Source: Octopus vulgaris
Taxonomy: Eukaryota
Reading direction: 5' to 3'
NCBI GenBank assembly: GCA_951406725.2
Contig: OX597842.1
Span: 5,580,001 to 5,644,000, forward strand
DNA: 64,000 bases
Shown here: piece by piece, positions 1-9,432 of the stretch
How positions within the stretch are numbered: position 1 is the stretch's first letter
Layout of the letters: every line of letters begins with the position of its first letter
Position numbers and translations under genes: made by a program
The notes under the pieces: generated by a model
Database searches by the model: none
Told to the model about the DNA's origin: nothing
The model's input: only the letters and a program-made list of their open reading frames with translations

Positions 1-256
1 ACACATGGCTATGATGCTCCCCCAATACTTCTGCTTGTGATCAGAGATGCACATATCGTCAGCCACTAAGGGACATGGTCAACTGGTTAAAGTCAAACAA
101 CTGACAAGCAAATCTGTGGTATTGAGCAGAATATTTGCTGTAGCCCATCTTTTATACCAAGTCAAAACAATGTACATGATAACACTTCCAATCAGTTAAG
201 ATCAGAAGCCATGAGAGCCAACGACTGGTACTGCATCAGGGCATTAGATAGAAAGA

Positions 257-372
257 CGTTTACAGCACCTAGGTTTCCCAAGCGGTCACCCATCTAAGTA
301 CTAACTGGGCTCGACTTTGCTTAACTTCGGTGATCGGACGAGAACCGGTGTTTTCAAAGTGATATGGCCGTA
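257..372 (-). rRNA. 5S rRNA dispersed copy (probable pseudogene; first ~3 nt missing)
   Basis: Reverse complement reads TACGGCCATATCACTTTGAAAACACCGGTTCTCGTCCGATCACCGAAGTTAAGCAAAGTCGAGCCCAGTTAGTACTTAGATGGGTGACCGCTTGGGAAACCTAGGTGCTGTAAAC, the metazoan 5S pattern with box A and box C. Helix I TACGGC/GCTGTA is present. The 5' end is replaced by a (TAA)n tract and only TTT follows the 3' end. Confidence 0.9.
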
Positions 373-378
373 TTATCA

Positions 379-429
<51 letters not shown>

Positions 430-431
430 GA

Positions 432-872
432 AGGCGGCAAGCTGGCAGAATTGTTAGCAGTATTTCATCTGCTGTTACATTCTGAGTTCAAATTCTGCCA
501 AGGTCGATTTTGCCTCTCATTTTTTCAGGGTCGATTAATTAAGTACCAGTTACACACTGGGGTCGATGTGATTGACTGTCCCCCTCTCCAAAAATTTCAA
601 GCTTTGTGCCGATAGTAGAATGGATTATTATTATTATTCTTAAGGCAGTGAGCTGGCTGAATCATTAGCAATCTGGTCGAAATGTTTAGTGGTATTTCGT
701 CTGTCATTATATTCTGAGTTTAAATTCCGCCGAGGTCAACTTGACCTTTCATCTTTTCGGAGTCAATTAAATAAATACCAGTTACGCACTGGGGGCAATC
801 TAATCAACTTAATCCTTTTGTCTGTCCTTGTTTGTCCCCTCTGTGTTTAGCCCCTTGTGGGCAATAAAGAAA
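432..872 (+). mobile_element. Two copies of SINE family B (GGCGAGCTGGCAGAA... head)
   Basis: B-box-like GAGTTCAAATTC plus central GTCGACTTTGCCTTTCATCCTTTCGGGGTCGATAAATTAAGTACCAG motif; many copies in the window. Confidence 0.75.
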
Positions 873-940
873 TGAATATTCTGTGGAAACATATCCGGCC
901 ATGGGGAAGTGTCACCTTGATCGGAAACAGGTAGATGCAC

Positions 941-1011
<71 letters not shown>

Positions 1012-1056
1012 CTAATTGTATGCACATTCACACTCATTTGTAATTGTACGCACATA

Positions 1057-1525
1057 GGCATAGGAGTGGCTGTGTGGTAAGTAGCTTGCTTGCCAACCAC
1101 ATGGTTTCGGGTTCAGTCCCACTGTGTGGCACCTTGGGCATGTGCCTTTGACTATAGCCTCAGGCCGATCAAAACCTTGTGAGTGGATTTTGAAGACAGA
1201 AACTGAAAGAAGCCCGTCGTATATGTGTGTGTGTGTGTATATATATATATATACATACATACATACATACATACATACATACATACATCATACATACATC
1301 ATACATACATACATACATACATACATACATACATACATACATGTGTGTGTGTGTTTGTTCCCCCCCCCCCCAACATCGCTTGACAACTGATGTTGGCGTG
1401 TTTATGTCCCCGTAACCTAGCAGTCTGGCAAAAGAGACCAATAGAATAAGTCCTGGAGTCGATTTTGTCAACTAAAGGCGGTGCTCCAGCATGGCCACAG
1501 TCAAATGACTGAAACAAGTAACAGA
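1057..1525 (+). mobile_element. SINE family A, full length, with internal (TA)/(TACA) microsatellite
   Basis: tRNA-like head GGAGTGGCTGTGTGGTAAG...GGGTTCAGTCCC, CCTTGGGCA core, tail GGTGCTCCAGCATGGCCACAGTCAAATGACTGAAACAAG; more than 15 copies in the window. Confidence 0.85.
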
Positions 1526-2212
1526 GTACATACACGCACACACACATGCGACTGTATACACATACACACGCAACTATACATACATGCAGCTGTAAACACA
1601 AACACATACATACATGCATGCAACTATACACACACACACACACAAACTACATATTACACCTGCACCACCCTACACTGCTCCACCCAACCCACCCTCTACA
1701 ATTGATCTTAATCTGATTGTAGATAATTTCGTTAATTACCTTAATCTGGATAATTCACCATTTAACATCTGGGTCAGAGGTCATGACCTCTTATTCCTCT
1801 CCCTCACTCTCCTTTATTCCTCTCTCTTTCCCTCACTCTATTTTCCTCTCCAGCTATGTGGTGGGGAGCGAAGGGGTTATTTAGCCCTAGGTCAGTTCAG
1901 TTTTGATCATCGCTTCATTAGTTTCCCAGACATGGTGTATCTAGGAGTACATTATCCAATGTGCTGTTTTAGAAGCAGCATTGAGATTTAAGGTAGTTAA
2001 TTAGTTCTGTTGATTGAGTCTGTTCGTTAAAATGTCTCACAGTATTTCATTATCTTCATCAGTGTTTCCTAAAGCAGGCAATACTGTACCCCTGGGTGCA
2101 GTGGAAAGATCCCGGGAGGAGGGGGTGGTGAAGAAAAGTGGGGTGTTAATGGAGTGGCCAAAAGGTGGGGGGAACAATGGATGTAAAATTAATGAAATAA
2201 TGGATTAATTAA

Positions 2213-2590
2213 GGCGTAGGAGTGGTTGTGTGGTAAGTACTTTGCTTACGAACCACATGGTTCTGGGTTCAGTCCCATTGCGTGGCACCTTGGGCAAGTG
2301 TCTTCTACTATAGCCTGGGGTCAACCAAAGCCTTGTGAGTGGATTTGGTAGATGGAAACTGAAAGAAGCCCGTCTTATATATATGTATGTGTTTGTGTGT
2401 CTGTGTTTGTCTCCCTAGCATTGCTTGACAACCGATGCTGGTGTGTTTACGTTCCCGTAACTTAGTGGTTTGGCAAAAGAGACCGATAGAATAAGTACTG
2501 GGCTTACAAAGAATAAGTCCTGGGGTCGATTTGCTTGACCAAAGGTGGTGCTCCAGCATGGCCGCAGTCAAATGACTGAAACAAGTAAAT
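2213..2590 (+). mobile_element. SINE family A copy
   Basis: Same head and tail as 1057-1525. Confidence 0.85.
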
Positions 2591-2724
2591 TTTATTTGTG
2601 AAATTTTGTTGTTTTGAATTTGCTGTAGAAAGTGGTCTTTGTGTGTGGTGGTGGTGAATGGATTTTTGGAGGTGCTTGGAATGTGGCCTGGGTCCCTGGG
2701 AACTACTGGTCTATATCGTCTATG

Positions 2725-3030
2725 CCGTCTTCTTCATCATATTCTCAACTTCTTCGTCGTCATCATCACTGTCTTCTTCATTTCCTCCATCAACTCCATC
2801 ATCATCATCATCATCTTTGTCTTCATTATCACCATCATCATCACCACTGTCATCGTAATCATTTTTGTGTTCTTCATTGTCTTTCTCTTCATCATCACCA
2901 TCATCGTCTTCATCACCACTGTCATCACAGTCGTTTTATTCTTCTTCATCGTTTTTGTCATCTTCATATCTTCAACACCTTTGTCTTCATCATCACCACC
3001 ATCTTCATAATTTCTTTTATCGTCATCACC
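2725..3030. repeat. Degenerate (CAT/CTT)n trinucleotide low-complexity tract
   Basis: catcatcatc and tcttcatc runs; source of spurious His/Ile/Ser ORFs. Confidence 0.9.
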
Positions 3031-3520
3031 ATTGTTTATTTTTAGAATGACATTGTAGGGTAGGTGTGAGAGGCCAGAAGTAGCCAGTTTGAACATAGAA
3101 CAGGTAGAATACAATGTAGTCAGATATGGCCAGTTTAATCCCTTAACGATCAAGATTACTCTATCAAATGAGATGCTTATTTTATTCCCATTGTTTTGAA
3201 TTAATCCTTCGTTATCTCGTAGCTTTGAGATTTCAATGATGTGATTGTTTACTTTAAGAATAACATTGCAGGCTAGGTGTGAGAGATCAGATCTGGCCAG
3301 TATGTAAATGAAACAAATATTTGGGGTGGATATGGCTAGTTTAGCCATTTAGCATTCAGATTACTCAGTCAAATGTTTTGAATTAATTATGCATTATCTC
3401 AGAGCTTTGAGATTTTGATTACGTGATGGTTTTTAGAATGACATTGTAGGGTAGGTGTGAGGGGCCAGACTTGGTTTGTTTGAACATGAAACGGGGAGAA
3501 TATTTGGGCTGGATATTGCT
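3030..3520. mobile_element. Tandem partial copies of a TTAA-flanked MITE (piggyBac-like); further copies at 4430-4559 and 20295-20475
   Basis: Recurrent tagaatgacattgtagggtaggtgtgagaggccaga. The copy near 4550 ends ggtttaaatgctaaaaggTTAA, and 3137 reads TTAATCCCTTAAC. Confidence 0.55.
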
Positions 3521-3544
3521 CTATTGTAATGTTTATTCAAAATC

Positions 3545-3952
3545 GAACCAAATTCGATGACTGGCACCAATGCCAACCTCCCTTCATTGGACACTAAACT
3601 CTGCTTGTGAAGACCTGTTGGGGCAAGTGAAATCGAAATTGAACCAAATTCGATGACTGGCACCAATGCCAACCTCCCTTCATTGGACACTAAACTCTGC
3701 TTGTGAAGACCTGTTGGGGCAAGTGAAATCGAAATTGAACCAAATTCGATGACTGGCACCAATGCCAACCTCTCTTCATTGGATACTAAACTCTGCTTGT
3801 GAAGACCTGTTGGGGCAAGTGAAATCGAAATTGAACCAAATTCGATGACTGGCACCAATGCCAACCTCCCTTCATTGGACACTAAACTCTGCTTGTGAAG
3901 ACCTGTTGGGGCAAGTGAAATCGAAATTGAACCAAATTCGATGACTGGCACC
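3545..3952. repeat. 96-bp tandem repeat, ~4.3 copies
   Basis: gaaccaaattcgatgactggcacc recurs at 3545, 3641, 3737, 3833 and 3929. Confidence 0.95.
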
Positions 3953-4427
3953 TGTGCTAGTGGAGTACTAACAGCTCCATCCGAGCGGGATCACTGCCAG
4001 AGCAGCTGATTGGCGTCCGTGCCGGTGGCACATAGAAAGCACCATTTGAGTGTGATCGTTACTAGTGTCGCCTTACTGGCATGTGAACAAAACATTCGAG
4101 CAAGGTCGTCGCCAGTGCCACTGGACTGACTCCAGTGCCACTGGACTGACTCCAGTGCCACTGGACTGACTCCTGTGCAAGTGGCACGTAAAAAACACCA
4201 TTTCGAGTGTGGCCATTGCCAGTACCACCAGACTGGCCCTTGTGCCAGTGGCACGTAAAAGCACCGACTACACTCTTGGAGTGGTTGGCGTTAGGAAGGG
4301 CATCCAGCTGTAGAAACACTGCCAGATCAAGATTGGAGCCTGGTGCAGCCATCTGGTTCGCCAGTCCTCAGTCAGTCCGCCAGTCCTCAGCATGGAAAGC
4401 GGTTGTTAAACGATGATGATGATGACG
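3953..4427 (+). mobile_element. RTE-associated non-autonomous element / LINE 3' region (family E)
   Basis: Internal GTGGCACGTAAAAAGCAC repeats, GGTTGGCGTTAGGAAGGGCATCCAGCTGTAGAAAC motif and (GAT)n tail. The same block follows RTE ORF ends at 34330-34935 and 57030-57350. Confidence 0.7.
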
Positions 4428-4595
4428 ATTTATTCACATTGTTTTGGATTATCTCATAGCTTCATGATTTCACTGATATGATTGATTATTTTTCAAAGGA
4501 CATTGTAGGGTAGGTGCGAGAGGTCAGATATGGCCCTGGTTTAAATGCTAAAAGGTTAAAGTATTATTTTTTTCTTGTGTCTTTCAGTTTCCATC

Positions 4596-4692
4596 ATGTC
4601 GCAGAAGTGCCCACGGTGTGATAAAGCAGTATATTTTGCTGAAGAAGTGCGAGCCCTTGGCAAGAAATGGCACAAACTTTGCTTGAAATGTG
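4596..4692 (+). CDS. CSRP: Cysteine- and glycine-rich LIM protein (CSRP/MLP family), coding exon 1 of 5
   Basis: Acceptor tttcag at 4587 and ATG at 4596; [32 protein letters not shown]; donor G|gtaggt, phase 1. Confidence 0.95.
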
Positions 4693-6080
4693 GTAGGTCA
4701 CAGTTTTATTGTGTGTGTGTGAACATGTCTCTGTGTATGAATGTGTGTGTGTATATGTTGTTTCTTATTTCTTTACTGCCCACAAGGGGCTAAACATAGA
4801 GGGGACAAACAAGGACAGATAAACGGATTGTCGATTACATCGACCCCAGTACATAACTGGTACTTAATTCATCAACCCTGAAAGGATGAACGGCAAAGTC
4901 GACCTTGGCGGAATTTGAACTCAGAATGTAACGGCAGACGAAATACCAATTTCTTTACTACCCACAAGGGGCTAAACACAGAGGGGACAAACAAGGACAG
5001 ACAAAAGGATTAAGTCGATTATATCAACCCCAGTGTGTAACTGGTACTTAATTTATCGACCCCAAAAGGATGAAAGGTAAAGTCAACCTCGGCGGAATTT
5101 GAACTCAGAACGCTGGTAACGATCACACTCGAATGGTGCCTTTTAAGTGCCACTGGCACAGAAGCCGGTTAGCCGCTCTGTCAATGATCACACTCGTGTG
5201 GTGCTCTTTGCACCCTGCTAGCATGGGTGCCAGACTAGTTATCGGTCATCCTTAATGATGACCAGCTGGTTCTTATCGCTCTGACAGCCGAACATGTGTA
5301 GAGTTACAGTTGTTGGGGTGAAGGGGGACGAGTTTTATATACAGGTGTGTTTGTGGAGTGAGGTAGATAAGACTTATACACAGGTGTTTCGATGGAATGA
5401 AATAGATATGATGACAGAAGCAGTTTCTCTGTGTCCAAAGATCATGTGAAAGAGTGGCACACCCTCAAGTGGTTACGTAAACCAGTCCTTGACACTGCCG
5501 GAACTTTCTTCCTACTTGTTCTTAGTAATTTTAGCCAATTCATGCAATCCAGTACAAGTCTAAACTTGAGAATCTGACCTGTGACTCAGCAGGCTAAGGT
5601 GTCCGTGATGACCAGCAAGCTGTAGGTTTTACATTAGAGTGGACTTCTACAAGGTGAATTGCCTTAAAGAGCTCCCTGGTGCTGCAAGGGAGTCAAAGTG
5701 GGCACTGGACTACAAGAGGGACTCCACTCCCAGGTTTGCTGTTGAGGTTGACTATGTGAGCCTTATCTTTTCCCAAAGCATTCACAAGGTAGTGAGGGTT
5801 TGTGTCATGGAGCTTCTTCCATAATATGTTGAGTAATCCATAGCTGGACCCTAACATGCATAACTACTCTAGATTAGTCAGAGTAGACTGGTGAACAATA
5901 ATAGCTAAGGAGTGGTTCCACACTCCTGAAAACCCTGGAACCCCTGAACCAGGGTCCCACTAGTGGTGTCATACCCAAAACATATAGAGATATACTATTT
6001 AACCCATGGCTGGGACCCTAACGGGTGCTGCTATGCCAGGCCTGAGTAGACTCTGTGTATATTATATATATATATATAAT

Positions 6081-6296
6081 TAAAACCACTATTAGGCAAA
6101 TCATACAATGAAAAACTTAAGCCAATATATAAGATTAATTAATTTATATTATTTTAAATATATATCAAAATTATTAAAAAAGATAATTAATTATCTTTTT
6201 TAATAATTTTGATATATATTTAAAATAATATAAATTAAATAATCTTATGTATTGGCTTAAGTTTTCCATTGTATGATTTGCCTAATAGTGGTTTTA
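6081..6296. repeat. Near-perfect 216-bp AT-rich palindrome next to (TA)n
   Basis: taaaaccactattaggcaaatcatacaatg... mirrored by ...cattgtatgatttgcctaatagtggtttta; centre gataattaattatc. Confidence 0.95.
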
Positions 6297-6394
6297 TCTC
6301 TAATTTAATATAATATAATATTTTACTATAAAATTGGATTCAATCCTAAATCTGATTTTTCCCTGTAAGTTTGGATTTATTCCCTAATATTTAT

Positions 6395-6435
<41 letters not shown>

Positions 6436-6619
6436 CCCAACATCACTTGACAACCAATGTTGGTGTGTTTATGTCCCCGAAAACTTAGCGGTTCGGCATA
6501 AGAGACTGATAGAGACTAGGCTAACAAAGAATAAGTCCTGGGGTTAATTTGCTCAACTAAAGGTGGTGCTCCAGCATGGCAACTGTCAAAATGACGAATA
6601 AAAGAATGAAAAAAGAAAG

Positions 6620-8380
6620 AGTATATCAGGTTGAGTAAAAAGTAAGCAACGTTTTGAACCATGAAGAATTTGTACTGGATTTTTGCCAAGTTTTGAATTT
6701 TTTTTAAACATTCTTTTTTGCAATTGTCTAATAATGTAGACACAGACTTGCCCAAATGTATCAATAAATTAACATTGATATTTTCTTTACTGTTATTACA
6801 ATCACCTGAAATGGAACTGTCAAAGTGTGATATTTGAGCAATTTTGCTATTCAACTTCAAAAAAGGATGTAAAGCAGCTGAAACTCTCTTTTACTCAATT
6901 TTACTCTTTTACTTGTTTCAGTCATTTGACTGTGGCCATGCTGGAGCACCACCTTTAGTCGAGTAAATTGACCCCAGGACTTATTCTTTGTAAGCCCAGT
7001 ACTTATTCTATTGGTCTCTTTTCTCTTTTACTTGTTTCAGTCATTTTGACAGTTGCCATGCTGGAGCACCACCTTTAGTCGAGTAAATTGACCCCAGGAC
7101 TTATTCTTTGTAAGCCCAGTACTTATTCTATCGGTCTCTTTTCTCTTTTACTCTTTTACTTGTTTCAGTCGTTTGACTGTGGCCATGCTGGAGCACCGCC
7201 TTTAGTCGAGCAAATCGACCCCGGGACTTATTCTTTGTAAGCCCAGTACTTATTCTATTGGTCTCTTTTTGCCAAACCGCTAAGTGACGGGGACGTAAAC
7301 ACACCAGCATCGGTTGTCAAGCAATGCTAGGGGGACAAACACAGACACACAAACACACACACACACATACATATATATATATACATATATACGACAGGCT
7401 TCTTTCAGTTTCCATCTACCAAATCCACTCACAAGGCATTGGTCAGCCCGGGGCTATAGCAGAAGACATTTGCCCAAGATGCCACGCGATATCAATGAAA
7501 TGTTGGGTGAGGAAATGACCAGTGAATGGTCAGCTTGAAAATGGTTTAAATGATTTCACAGCAGCGACCTGAGCCTTGAAGATCATGAGTGTTGTGGACA
7601 CCCATCTGTCATCGATGACGGTCAATCAAAGACCGTCATTGAGAAAGTTCCACATAAAACCACTTGAGAACTGGCAAAAGAACTTCAAGTTAGCCAGAAA
7701 ACTTCCCACAACCATCTGCATGTGATCAGAAAATCAAAAAAGCTTGGCAAATGCGTACCACATGATTTGAATGAAAATCAGAAAATGCACAGATATGAAA
7801 TTTGCTCATTGCTTCTTCTTCATAACTAGACCGATCCATTTCTTGACCGTATTGTAATTTGCAATGAAAAGTGAATTCTGTACAGTAATAAAAAGATGTT
7901 GGACCAAAGTGAAGCACCAAAAACCTTCCCTAAACCTAAGCCCTTTAAAAAGGTTATGGTGACTGTTTGGTGGTGTACTGCTGGAATCTTCTTAAAACCT
8001 ACAAAAACCATTACTGCAGAAACAAATTGCCCTGAATTTGCCAAAATGAACAAAAAACTGCTACTCCTCCGTCCCATACTGGTCAACAGAAGAGGGCCAA
8101 TCATTCTTCATGACAATGCTTGACCATGTTTCACAAATGATGCTCCAGAAGTTGAGGGAACTTGGCTACGAAGTTCTTCCCCACCTAGCTTATTCCGCAG
8201 ACCTTTCTCTTACCGACTACCACTTTTTCAAGCACCTTGATGGTTTCCTGCAAGAGAAGGAGTTCAAAATTCAAACCGATGCTGAATATGTGTGCAAAGA
8301 GTTCATCAGCTCCAGAACTCCAGATTTTTATGTTATGAGAAGAAACAAATTTGTAACAAATTGGCAAAAATTTCGTGCTA
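6620..8380 (+). mobile_element. Degraded mariner (Tc1/mariner) transposon interrupted by a SINE-A insertion (6885-7485)
   Basis: TIR-like tatcaggttgagtaaaaag. N-terminal AILLFNFKKGCKAAET resumes after the SINE as RDINEMLGEE. Also KKVMVTVWW, ILHDNA and HLAYSADLSLTDYHFF (YSPDL motif), with stops and frameshifts. Confidence 0.88.
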
Positions 8381-8391
8381 CGAAACTTTGA

Positions 8392-8553
8392 GGCGTAGGA
8401 GTGGCTGTGTGGTAAGTAGCTTGCTTACCAACCACATGGTACTGGGTTCAATCCCACTGCATGGCACTGTGGGCAAGTATTTTCTACTATAGCCTCGGGC
8501 CAACCAAAGCCTTGTGAGTGGATTTGGTAGACAGAAACTGAAAGAAGCCCATC

Positions 8554-8602
<49 letters not shown>

Positions 8603-8800
8603 ATCCAAACATGAAAACACAAAGAGAGAACGCAAGGACGTGGAACAAGTATAGTGTTATTGGACGCTCAGGAAAGAAGGAAAGAAGGAGGGTTTAACGT
8701 TTCGAGCGGAGCTCTTCGTCAGAAACATAGGAAAAGGAAAGATCCAGAGAAAGGAAGATGGAGGGAAAAAAATCACCAACGGTACACACATGGTCACATT

Positions 8801-8849
<49 letters not shown>

Positions 8850-9090
8850 GTATGTGTGTATATATGTACATATGTTTGTGTGTCTGTGTTTGTTCCCCCC
8901 CCCCCCCCAACATTTGCTTGACAACCGATGCTGGTGTGTTTATGTCCTTGTAACTTAGCAGTTTGGCAAAAGAGACCGATAGAATAAGTACTAGGCTTAC
9001 AAAGAATAAGTCCTGGGGGTCGATTTGCTCGACTAAAGGCAGTGCTCCAGCATGGCCACAGTCAAATGACTGAAACAAAGTAAAAGAGTA
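8392..9090 (+). mobile_element. SINE family A copy with a second element inserted in its internal (TA)n
   Basis: Head 8392-8545, (TA)n, unrelated 8598-8805 insert, (TA)n, then SINE 3' half. Confidence 0.85.
8692..8726 (-). ncRNA. Minimal type-I hammerhead ribozyme motif (Penelope-like terminal repeat type)
   Basis: GTTT-CTGACGA-A-GAGC-TCC-GCTC-GAAA-CG-TT-AAAC: core CUGANGA/GAAA, stem II GAGC/GCUC, stem I GUUU/AAAC, palindromic ACGU stem III. Confidence 0.65.
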
Positions 9091-9356
9091 AAAATGTGTT
9101 GATTGTAATGGTGCTTGCTTTGCTGAATAAAATTTCCGCATTGTTGAAATATTTCGTGATGAATTTCATGTTTCAAAACATTGTTTACTTTTTACACACC
9201 CTGATATATATATATATATGGGTGTGTCTTTGTTTTGAAGTGTATAGCGTGACATTGACAGTGAGCCAACTGCAACAGGAAGGTTTAATGTTGAATTGAT
9301 ATGAAGGTGTAAAGAAATAATCGTGTGAGAGTGTGGAACAGGTGTGTTTCAATGGC

Positions 9357-9418
<62 letters not shown>

Positions 9419-9432
9419 ATGCACACATGTGT

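Noticed and set aside
3433-3951. 172-aa ORF with 32-aa repeats
   Set aside because: Antisense reading of the 96-bp LINE-3'UTR tandem repeat.
7896-8391. Functional transposase or SETMAR-like gene
   Set aside because: Multiple stops and frameshifts plus a SINE insertion; no SET domain seen.
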